Shown here: positions 10,785 to 19,485 of the stretch, in pieces
Layout: each line of letters starts with the position of its first letter
How positions within the stretch are numbered: the first letter of the stretch is position 1
NCBI GenBank assembly: GCA_958295905.1
Contig: OY282382.1
Location: forward strand, 6,055,021 to 6,119,020
Direction of reading: 5' to 3'
Source of the DNA: an uncultured Vicinamibacterales bacterium
Lineage (GTDB): Bacteria > Acidobacteriota > Vicinamibacteria > Vicinamibacterales > UBA8438
Length of the DNA stretch: 64,000 nucleotides
Notes under the pieces: generated by a model
What the model was told of the DNA's origin: nothing
Seen by the model: the letters and a program-made list of their open reading frames with translations, nothing else
Databases searched by the model: none
Position numbers and translations under genes: made by a program

Positions 10785-13700
10785 TCAGCTCTCCTCCCGC
10801 CACAGGCGCAACTGGTCCGGCTCGTCGATGCGGTCGTCGTAGGCGAAGCGGTACAGGTTGTAGAGCGCCTCGAAGTCGCTGCCGGACGCCTCGACCGCCC
10901 CGTCGAGCGCGATGCCCGTGAACGCCGTCGACGGCGGCAGGATCTCCAGCACCGCTTCGAGCGCCGTGAAGAAGCGCGGCTCGCGGTCCAGGCCGGCCGC
11001 GGCGAGCAGCTCCGCCGCGGCGGCGACGGACCGCCCGCGCGCCGCGTGGGCCGCGTGGTGCAGCGCGTCGATCATCCCCCGCGACCCGTCGGCCGGCCCG
11101 AGCGCCCCCGCCGCCGCCCGACGCGCGCTGTCCCACATGTGCAGGTCGCTCCCCTTCTTGCCCGCGACCCGGCCGACCACGCCGTCCTCCAGGTCGACGC
11201 CGACGGCCCGGGCCAGCCGCAGCGCTTCGTCGAAGGCGAACACGGGAGCCCGGAAGGCGTCCCATGCCAGCACGAAGAACGCCGTCAGCGGATCTAAATC
11301 ATCGTCGGCTTTGACGTGCGTCAGTTGGCTCAGCCGCCACCGCTTGACCTCGCGCCGCGCCGCGTCGAGCGCGTCCTCGGGGGTGACCGCGTACGGGTCC
11401 CACGGCTCCTCGAACAGCACCCGCTGCCGCCGGCGTTCCACCGGCTTCGGGCGCGGCGCGCCCCGGCGCAACGGCCAGTGGCGCGAGAACTCCTCGAGCG
11501 CCGGCCCGAACGACGCCAGGTACAGGTCGACCCCGGTGATCCCCGCGTCCTGGAACGTCTCGATCCGCGCCCGGACCGCGCGCGCCACCCCGGGCTCCAC
11601 GTCCTCCCAGTACACCGCCGCCGCGTCGTCCCCGTAGGCGGGGCGGGCCTCGCGCACCGCGCCGGCACCTTCCCCGCCGCGGGGCGGGCCGGTCCCGCGG
11701 GGGCGGCAGACCAGAAAGATGGTGCTGTTCGCCGCCGCCCGGTCCCGGATGTGCAGGCTGCCCTCGGCCTCGGTGTTCACCGGCCACGACGCGGTGATGA
11801 CGAAGCCGGCCTCGATGAGCCCCGTGGTCAGCGCGTCCCAGGCGCCGGTCGCCTTGTGCGTGAACATCAGCGTCATGATGCCCTCGGGCCTGAGGACCCG
11901 CCGGCACTCGGCGAAGATGGCCGCCATGCGCCGCTGGTAGTCGCGCCCGGCCAGCGCCTTCGCGCCCCGCTGCCCCGCGAAGCGGGCCGGATTGGCGACC
12001 GCCTCGCGCTCCTTGTCGGTCAGTTGGCGGCGGAAGAGCTCGGGGAACACGTGGCCGGCCGTGCGCTTGAGCCAGACGTAGAAGAAGTCCGACAGCTCGG
12101 CGTACATCACGTTGTCGTAGTAGGGCGGGTCCATGACGACCACATCGACCGAGCCGTCGGCCAGATGGTCGAGGTCGTCGCCCGACTTGCAGGTGATGGT
12201 GACCGGCGGCGGAGCGCCGGCGGGGGCGGTGGCGCGGGCGGCACGACCGTCGGGCTCAGTGCCACCGGTGCGGTCGGCGGACGGTGCGCGCGCCTCGGCA
12301 CCGGCGGCCGCGAAGGGGGGACTCGTCCCCGGATTCGTCCCGCGGGGGCCCGGTCCGCGTCGATCCGCGCCGTCGGCCGCGAAGGGGGAATCTCCCCGCC
12401 GGGGACTCGGTGCGTCGGCGGACGGTTCGCGGGCATCGGCGCCGGCGGCGGGCGGGTCGAACAGGCCGGGGAGGCCGGCGCCGCCGCCGGCTTCCGGGCG
12501 GACGAGGGCGACGAGCTCGCGGATGCACTTGGCGGTCTTGTCGATGGCCCAGTCGTAGCCGACTCCCGCGACGAGCGGGGCCATCTCGGCGTACGACCAG
12601 ACGAATGCGAAATCATGCCGGTCGAAGATCGAGCGTACCCGCCCCGTGGTGTTATCCCAGCGTCCTGCGCGGTTGTTATAGTTCAGCAACGTGTCCAGCG
12701 TCAGCGCCAAGTAGCCGTAGGCCGCCTTGCGCAGATCGTCCAGCCGGCCCGCCGCCCGATCCGCGTCGAGCATCTCCCGGAACACTTCCACGCTGACGCC
12801 GTGGCACAGGAGCTGGCGAGGCGAGAACAGGTCGCGCCAGAGCGGCATGCCGTACTGGATGGGCCGATCGTCGTTCCCGTCTTCCGGAAAGCGCTCGCTC
12901 GGCACGATGTCAAACGCCTCCCACTCGAGCCCCTTCCCGGCCAGCCGCGCGTCGATCTCCGCCGCGTTGTCGTCCTCGGGCCGGGGCGCGCGGTAGCCCC
13001 GGACCCACTTGTCGCGGCCCCGCCGGCCCGACTTCGTCCTGGTCTCGACCCGCCGCTTGAAGGCCACCGCGTAGAGCTGTTCGCCCATCCGCCCCGCCTG
13101 CGCCTGCCGCTTGATCTCGCCGCCGTCGATCACCCGGCCGCAGTCGGCGTACGGGCAGTGCCCGTCGCCGCGGGCCACCGTGCCCGGAAACTGCTCCTTG
13201 GCCGAGCCGACGATCTCGAACGCGCAGACGCGGCCCGCGGTTCCCGGACCGCCGGCGCAGTCGGGCAGCAGCCGAACCCCGGTCCCGTCCGGCGCCAGCC
13301 GCCAGTTCGGCGACAGCGGCACGAGGCCGTCGCAGTACGGGCAGGTGACCGTGCGCGCCCAGAGGTAGCCTTCAATGCGGGTGTCCTTGGGCTCGGCCGG
13401 AAAGATCCCCTGGTGGTACTTCGCTTCAGCCAAGTGAATGAACTCGCGCGCCACATCGTCGAACCGTGCGCACAACGACGAACCGTGTACGCGTGGCCAC
13501 TCGACCGTCGCGTTGAGGATCAGAGCGGCGACGGGGTTCAAGTCGTTGGCGACGGCCGGGAAGCCCAGCCGATGGATCTCAATCGGGATGCTGCCGCCGC
13601 CGGCGGTCGGATCCAGAATCGTCGGGGTCGCCGGCGCTCTTCCGGCTCTTCCGGTAATGTGTTCAACCCACTGACGATCGTGTCCGGTTGGCGTGTACGA

Positions 13701-14012
13701 GAATGCGCGCTTGTAGCCGTACGGATTGAGGCCGAGGTTCTTCTCGGTTCGCTTGGCCGCGTCCAACCTACGACGGGTAGCCACCGGATCCCCGTGAATG
13801 CCGATGACGTGCAGGAACTTCTCCCGGTCCGCGTCCGCCGGCAGCAGCGACGCCAGGATGGCCGCCCGCGACGCCACCAGCGGCCGGCGCGCCCACCAGA
13901 CGTGGAGGCGGTTCGGCGCCGGAAACGGCGTCATCGGCGTCCGCTCGCGCGTGCTCTCGATGCCGAGCGCCGCAATCGGCAGCCAGCGTTCGATCAGGCG
14001 GGTGTCAGGCAT
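10785..14012 (-). CDS. DUF1156-domain adenine DNA methyltransferase
   Basis: LHVWWARRPL, LDPTAGGGSIP, CPYC, MDPPYYDN, YAELSDFFYVW; start MPDTRLIE chosen. Confidence 0.88.
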   Translation of the reverse strand: MPDTRLIERWLPIAALGIESTRERTPMTPFPAPNRLHVWWARRPLVASRAAILASLLPADADREKFLHVIGIHGDPVATRRRLDAAKRTEKNLGLNPYGYKRAFSYTPTGHDRQWVEHITGRAGRAPATPTILDPTAGGGSIPIEIHRLGFPAVANDLNPVAALILNATVEWPRVHGSSLCARFDDVAREFIHLAEAKYHQGIFPAEPKDTRIEGYLWARTVTCPYCDGLVPLSPNWRLAPDGTGVRLLPDCAGGPGTAGRVCAFEIVGSAKEQFPGTVARGDGHCPYADCGRVIDGGEIKRQAQAGRMGEQLYAVAFKRRVETRTKSGRRGRDKWVRGYRAPRPEDDNAAEIDARLAGKGLEWEAFDIVPSERFPEDGNDDRPIQYGMPLWRDLFSPRQLLCHGVSVEVFREMLDADRAAGRLDDLRKAAYGYLALTLDTLLNYNNRAGRWDNTTGRVRSIFDRHDFAFVWSYAEMAPLVAGVGYDWAIDKTAKCIRELVALVRPEAGGGAGLPGLFDPPAAGADAREPSADAPSPRRGDSPFAADGADRRGPGPRGTNPGTSPPFAAAGAEARAPSADRTGGTEPDGRAARATAPAGAPPPVTITCKSGDDLDHLADGSVDVVVMDPPYYDNVMYAELSDFFYVWLKRTAGHVFPELFRRQLTDKEREAVANPARFAGQRGAKALAGRDYQRRMAAIFAECRRVLRPEGIMTLMFTHKATGAWDALTTGLIEAGFVITASWPVNTEAEGSLHIRDRAAANSTIFLVCRPRGTGPPRGGEGAGAVREARPAYGDDAAAVYWEDVEPGVARAVRARIETFQDAGITGVDLYLASFGPALEEFSRHWPLRRGAPRPKPVERRRQRVLFEEPWDPYAVTPEDALDAARREVKRWRLSQLTHVKADDDLDPLTAFFVLAWDAFRAPVFAFDEALRLARAVGVDLEDGVVGRVAGKKGSDLHMWDSARRAAAGALGPADGSRGMIDALHHAAHAARGRSVAAAAELLAAAGLDREPRFFTALEAVLEILPPSTAFTGIALDGAVEASGSDFEALYNLYRFAYDDRIDEPDQLRLWREES

Positions 14013-14076
14013 CTGGCCGTTTCCGTCGGGCCGGTCCGCGCGGATGGCCGGCAATCGCCAGCCTGATTCCGGCAGG

Positions 14077-14859
14077 CTACTGCAGAAGGAAAAAAACTAT
14101 ACCGGCTATACTGGCGAGTGCCCCGAGGAGACAAACGAGCGAATACAGCGGGTGCTCCATCACCTTTTTCATCAAGGAGGCTAAATAATTTCCGTAAATT
14201 TTCTTTCGTTTGGTGTCTGTCGCAAGCGTATCGTCAACAGCACGGAAAGCAATGTCTGAAATAATGTCGACCTTGCGAAGCGTGGATCGATGCAATGCCA
14301 CATACCTCTTGTCGTTGAATGCTCTGGCTTCTTCTTCTCCATTGAGAAAGTCAAGGATGCCGATGTCGTTCTTTATGGCCAGCATTTCAAGACGAGGGTG
14401 GCCTATGTAGTTCACGCCATACAATTCGACCAGTAGTCGTGCCAAGTCGCAACGGAATGGCTCACGAATCCTGAAGGGGGTTTCATCGTGAACCTTGAAT
14501 CTATGTTCCAGCGCTTCGAATCCATACTTGGCATCCCGCATATTCCAATGCAACCAGATGTAGCCCTCATGTTTTTTCGCATAGTCGAAGAACTCTTCGA
14601 GCATCTTTTTCTCCAACTGATCGTAATGATCGTCGATTTCTCCTGACGAAACTTTCCTGCCGCGTTCAGCAAACTGGTGAATCGAAAAAGATTTCGTTTG
14701 AGCTGTCGCCAAATTACGTACTGCAATGGATGTAACTCTTGGCGACTTAACTTCGCCACGATCGTAAAAACTCTCACATGAATAATGGATCACGAGAACT
14801 CTATCTTTATTCTCGCAGATCTCAACCAATTTTCTCTTGGCTTCCTTGCAGCGCCTCAT
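14077..14859 (-). CDS. Low-GC hypothetical protein, possible 3'-5' exonuclease/RNase H-like fold with C-terminal TM helix
   Basis: IHYSCESFYD, EKKMLEEFF, WLHWNMRD; hydrophobic C-terminus; fold is inferred. Confidence 0.6.
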   Translation of the reverse strand: MRRCKEAKRKLVEICENKDRVLVIHYSCESFYDRGEVKSPRVTSIAVRNLATAQTKSFSIHQFAERGRKVSSGEIDDHYDQLEKKMLEEFFDYAKKHEGYIWLHWNMRDAKYGFEALEHRFKVHDETPFRIREPFRCDLARLLVELYGVNYIGHPRLEMLAIKNDIGILDFLNGEEEARAFNDKRYVALHRSTLRKVDIISDIAFRAVDDTLATDTKRKKIYGNYLASLMKKVMEHPLYSLVCLLGALASIAGIVFFLLQ

Positions 14860-14867
14860 GAATCTCC

Positions 14868-15365
14868 TCAAATGCGTGTGGGTAGCGGCGGCGACGGTTC
14901 GATGCCTCCGCAGCACAGGAACAGCATCGAGATGAGGGCACCGGCCGAGTGGAAACCGTACGCGCGCCGAGCAATCACACGCAGCTTGTTGTTGATGCTC
15001 TCCACAGGACCGTTCGTCATCTTCGTGTCCAGATACGCCAGGATGCCTTCCGCGTGTTTCGAATCGTGCGCCCCAGCTTCACGAACGGCGCCAAGCGGGA
15101 CCGCGCAGCCCACTCCAGCTACTCCTCCAGCAGCTCCGGCGCATCCTCGGACGTCGCCTGACCCAGATCGTCGCCAGATCTCCTTCAGTTCGTAGGCCCG
15201 GTTCCAGCGCCCGGTTCTCACGACGCAACGTCTCCAGACGCCGGGCTTCGCCGGGCTTCAGCCGCCCCGGGTGCTTCAGCAACGCATAGCGCGTCCCCTT
15301 CAGCGCCTTCGCATCCGCCGGATCCTGACGCCGCTGCTCCGAACGACGCACCTCGTCAACCGTCA
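14868..15365 (-). pseudogene. ISL3-family transposase remnant (C-terminal, frameshifted)
   Basis: LKGTRYALLK, RAYELKE, TNGPVESINNKLRVIARRAYGFHS, LPTRI*. Confidence 0.88.
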
Positions 15366-15376
15366 GACCCGCATGG

Positions 15377-15892
15377 GGCTCTCCTCGCCGCGGGTCGTGG
15401 TGGTGCACACCCATGAGACCAGGAAGCCCCTGCGTTTGCAACCGCTTCGGCAGAGCGAGACGACGTAGGCGACCCCGACAACACCCCGGCCCCCGCCCAA
15501 CGGGCGTCCACGGTCGGCGCCGGGGCCCCGAGGCGGCCGTTGCGCTAATCCGCCGGAGTCTATCCCCAAACCGCCGGCCGTCGCGTCTTCCGCATGGCCG
15601 TGGACGACCGGGCCGTCCAGGCCGCGCCGCAAGGCCCCATATCTGCTGCTTGAGCGACGGGACGGACGGTGTGTCACCCGCAGGCGGCAGCGCAGCGGAG
15701 GACGCGTGGAGCGCGTTGACACGCCGGCCCGCAGCTACTCCGCTCCGACCTACCCCCGCCGTGTGCCACGCCCGCGGCCCATCAGGTGAACGCCGTGGCG
15801 GGTCAATTCCGAGGCCGCCTGCGCGGCCGGCACCCCTCGCCGACCCGCCGACCGCCGCCTCACAACCCGCCCACACCCGTTTCAGGAGAGCC
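15377..15892. mobile_element. Non-autonomous element with ISL3-type ends
   Basis: GGCTCTCCT (15377) / AGGAGAGCC (15892) inverted termini; no TSD found. Confidence 0.5.
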
Positions 15893-16029
15893 GAAAGACA
15901 GGGCCGCGGCCCGCCCCGCGAAGCAGCCTGGCCACCACGACAAGCATCCAGCCAGCGCTTTCTGCGAGGTTCGTCCTGGCGGATCTTTCCACAATCGGGC
16001 GGCAACGCCACTTTGCACCCGCCATTTCG

Positions 16030-16170
16030 CTACGCGCTCCGCGTCAGGGCGCCCGCAGCCGGGGCGCTCAACCTGCACCGCGCCGAAGGTCGTCTCCAGG
16101 CGGCGTTCGCGCACGCGCCGCTCCGAACGAGCGAGACGTCGGCCCGATTGCCGGCGCGCCGACGCGCCAG
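16030..16170 (-). pseudogene. ISKra4-like transposase fragment
   Basis: RERRLETTFGAVQVERPG motif only. Confidence 0.4.
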
Positions 16171-16451
16171 CCGGAGATCGCGTCGCTCCGCTGGCAGGTG
16201 AACCACCGCCACCGCCCCAACGGGCCGCCCGCGAACACGACCGCCACGACCAGGACGCTGACGCGATTACCTTGACATCCCCGGACTCACCGGGGCGCAC
16301 CGGTCAACGAAAACCACTTGCTGCGTCCGGGCCATGACAATCTGGAGCCCGCCAAGGCGAAGACGGCCCCGCGCCGGCGGGCGCTTCCGGTGCGGTTGAC
16401 ACGCCGGTCAAAGGCGCACACCATGTCGTCACGCGCACCGGGAGACCAGAG

Positions 16452-17636
16452 ATGCCGATGAATCGACGCCAGTTCGTCCACGCCGCCGCCACGGCCGCGA
16501 TCGGCGCCCGCGCGACCGACCTGCTCGCGCAGCCCCACGACGTGGTCGTCAAGGGCGGCCGGGTCCTCGATCCCTCCCTGCGCATCGACGCGGCCCTCGA
16601 CGTGGCGATCGCCGGCGGGCGCATCGCGGCGGTCGAGGCGAACATTCCCGCCGGCGCGGCGGAGGTGATCGACGCGCGCGGCCGGTTCGTCGTCCCCGGC
16701 CTGATCGACGTCCACACCCACTATGCGCGGGATCTGGAGGGTCCGGCCATCTGCCTTGAGGACGGGGTGACGGCGTGGGTGGACGCCGGATCCGCGGGCG
16801 CGGATGCCATCGACGGCCAGGTGGAGATTGCGCGGGCGGCGCCGCAGCAGGGGCGCATCCTCGTCAACATCGGGCGCGCCGGCATCCTGCCCGGCGGCGA
16901 TACCATGGACCTCGACCTCGCCGACGTCGGCGCCGCGACCGACGCCGTCGCGCGGCACCGCGACCTCGTCGTCGGGGTCAAGGCGCGGCTGACGAGAGGC
17001 GTGGCGGCCGACGACGTCGAGGTCCTGCGCCGCGCCCAGGCCGCGGCTTCGGCCTTCGACCTGCCGGTGATGATCCACATGGGCCAGACCGCTTCGCCGC
17101 TGCCCGCGATTCTCGAGCTGCTGAAGCCCGGCGACGTCGTCACCCACATGCTGGCCCCGCCCCCGAACGCCATCGTCGACGAGGCCGGCCGCATCCTGCC
17201 GGCGGTGCTCGCGGCGCGGCGCCGCGGCGTGTGGTTCGACGTCGCCAACGGGCGGACCGGGCACGTGCGGTGGGACATCGTCGACCAGGTCATCGAGGCG
17301 GGCTTCTGGCCCGACACCATCTCGACCGACGGCAACACCACGAGCCGGTCGGTGGCGGGGGTCGTCGACCTGCCGAACGTCATGTCGAAGTTCCTGAACG
17401 CGGGGATGCCGCTGGATGCGGTGGTGGCGTGCGCGACCGTCAACGCCTCGCGCGTCTTTCCGCATCTGAACGACCGCGGCACCCTCCACGTGGGGGCGCG
17501 GGCCGATCTGACGCTCCTCGACCTGCGGGTCGGCGTCTTCGACTTCGTCGACAACTACGAGAACCTGCGCACCGACCGCCGGCGCCTGTTCCCGGCCGGG
17601 ACGGTGCTCGGCGGCCGGTGGATTCCGCGCGGCTGA
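16452..17636 (+). CDS. Tat-exported amidohydrolase/deacetylase (dihydroorotase-like)
   Basis: RRQF Tat motif, PGLIDVHTH, GVKAR, MIH, VTH, TISTD. Confidence 0.85.
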   Translation: MPMNRRQFVHAAATAAIGARATDLLAQPHDVVVKGGRVLDPSLRIDAALDVAIAGGRIAAVEANIPAGAAEVIDARGRFVVPGLIDVHTHYARDLEGPAICLEDGVTAWVDAGSAGADAIDGQVEIARAAPQQGRILVNIGRAGILPGGDTMDLDLADVGAATDAVARHRDLVVGVKARLTRGVAADDVEVLRRAQAAASAFDLPVMIHMGQTASPLPAILELLKPGDVVTHMLAPPPNAIVDEAGRILPAVLAARRRGVWFDVANGRTGHVRWDIVDQVIEAGFWPDTISTDGNTTSRSVAGVVDLPNVMSKFLNAGMPLDAVVACATVNASRVFPHLNDRGTLHVGARADLTLLDLRVGVFDFVDNYENLRTDRRRLFPAGTVLGGRWIPRG

Positions 17637-17826
17637 CGACGCGTCCGCGACGACGCCGGCGAGCGCCAGCGCCCCGCCGGGCGCCCGCGCGGCGGGGCCG
17701 CCCGGAGACGGGCCTTGGCACCAGGCCAACCGGGAAGCAACGCAGGCCACGCGGGATGTGACCACCGGTCGAAGGCAGCAGGGCTGTCGCGGGCGCGACC
17801 GGGCATCGTACGAGGAGGGTGAAGGG

Positions 17827-19029
17827 ATGACGCAACGCTCTCGTGTCGAAGCGGCGGCGCGGATGGGCATGGCACTGCTGATCGCGTCCCTCGCGCCAGG
17901 TGCGGCCGGACGGTCGGCCCACGCGCAGGAGGGCGCGGGCGGCGGACCGCGGTTCACGACGCACACCATCGCCACCGAGCTGGCGGGCGGCTACCAGCCG
18001 GTGGTGGTCGACTTGAACCGCGACGGCCGGCCCGACGTGATCGCGCTGTCGACCCGCCTCGACGAGCTCGCCTGGTACGAGAACCCCGGGTGGGAGCGGC
18101 ACGTCCTGACCACCGGGCTGAACCGGGCCATCAACGCGGCGGCGCGGGACCTCGACGGTGACGGGATTCCCGAGCTGGTGGTGGCCCACGAGTTCGGCAC
18201 CACCCACGACCGCAGCCTCGGCGTCCTGTCCCTGCTGACCCACCCGGGAGACCCGACCGAGCCCTGGCGCATCCGCGAGATCGACCGCACGCCGACGGTG
18301 CACCGCGTGCGGTGGGCGGACGTCGACGGCTCGGGGCGCAACGTGCTGATCAACGCCCCCCTCTCCGGCCCCGCCGCGGCGGCGCCGGAGTACCGCGACG
18401 CGGTGCCCCTCTTCTGGTACCGGCCCGACGACTGGGAGCGGCGCACCGTGCCCGACGCCGGCCAGGGGGTGGTGCACGGCCTGCTGGTGAAGCCGTGGCA
18501 GGACCCCGACCGCGACGCCGTCCTGAGCACGAGCTTCGCGGGGGTGCACCTGCACCGGTTCATCGACGGGGAGTGGATCGGCAGCCGCATCGCCGACGGC
18601 GACCCGGCCCCGTGGCCCCGCAGCGGCGCGAGCGAAGTCGAGACCGGGCGTCTCGGCGACGCGACCTTCGTCACCACCATCGAGCCCTGGCACGGCGACC
18701 AGGTCGTCGTGTACCGCGAGGACGGCGAGGCCTGGACGCGCCAGGTCATCGACCGCATCGGCAGCAGCCACACCATCGTGACCGCCGACTTCGACGGCGA
18801 CGGCCGCGACGAGATCGTGACCGGCGACCGCGGCGACCCGCGCAATCTGTACCTGTACGCGGCGACCGACCCCGACGGCTCGGCCTGGTCGCGCCAGATT
18901 CTCGACGACGGCGACATGTCCCCGTCGGCCTGCGTGACCGACGACCTCGACGGCGACGGCCGCACCGACCTCGTCTGCATCGGCGGCGGCACCTCGAACC
19001 TCAAGTGGTACGAGAACGTCTCGCGGTAG
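17827..19029 (+). CDS. FG-GAP/VCBS repeat beta-propeller protein
   Basis: Signal peptide; repeated DLNRDGRPD, DLDGDGIPE, DFDGDGRDE; LAWYEN. Confidence 0.85.
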   Translation: MTQRSRVEAAARMGMALLIASLAPGAAGRSAHAQEGAGGGPRFTTHTIATELAGGYQPVVVDLNRDGRPDVIALSTRLDELAWYENPGWERHVLTTGLNRAINAAARDLDGDGIPELVVAHEFGTTHDRSLGVLSLLTHPGDPTEPWRIREIDRTPTVHRVRWADVDGSGRNVLINAPLSGPAAAAPEYRDAVPLFWYRPDDWERRTVPDAGQGVVHGLLVKPWQDPDRDAVLSTSFAGVHLHRFIDGEWIGSRIADGDPAPWPRSGASEVETGRLGDATFVTTIEPWHGDQVVVYREDGEAWTRQVIDRIGSSHTIVTADFDGDGRDEIVTGDRGDPRNLYLYAATDPDGSAWSRQILDDGDMSPSACVTDDLDGDGRTDLVCIGGGTSNLKWYENVSR

Positions 19030-19312
19030 CAGCCCGTGGGAGGCCGCGCGCTCCGAGGCCGGGCTCAGACGAGACCGCGCAGCCAAAGAAACCGTGGGTT
19101 ATGCCCGCGTGGTACGCCGACGCCGATTGGGCACCCCGTGTTTGAATCGACGAGCACGCCCGTTGCCGTGACGACGGATGGAGAAACGCATCGAGCGTCT
19201 AAAAGTGATCATTTCTGGACTGTCATCGACGGTGCTCACTGCTGACCGCCGCTGTCGGAGACCCGTTTGCGGGATTCCCCGATAGTCCTGACCTTTATTC
19301 GTTGGCGAAGCA

Positions 19313-19452
19313 CTAGAATTCCTTGAGCGGCCGGGATCTTTACAGTTGAGTCAAAGTTCGAATCGCGTTTTCTTCGCCGTTGGCGGGCCCCCCTGCCGTC
19401 GACCATTGCCCGGATCTGCATGTCTCGTCGGTCTGAGGCGGAGCCTCGCTAG
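19313..19452 (+). repeat. Repeat family 2 copy flanked by CTAG...CTAG
   Basis: gagcggccgggatctttacagttgagtc...tgcatgtctcgtcggtctgaggcg shared with the 8649 copy. Confidence 0.75.
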
Positions 19453-19485
19453 GAAATCTGCGCCGTGGAACGATTTCGGGCACGA

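Noticed and set aside
11316-14066. Long antisense or alternative-frame ORFs (e.g. 916 aa here, 5632-8205, 38557-41394, first part of 54426-57869)
   Set aside because: GC-rich shadow ORFs of real genes, with no motifs.
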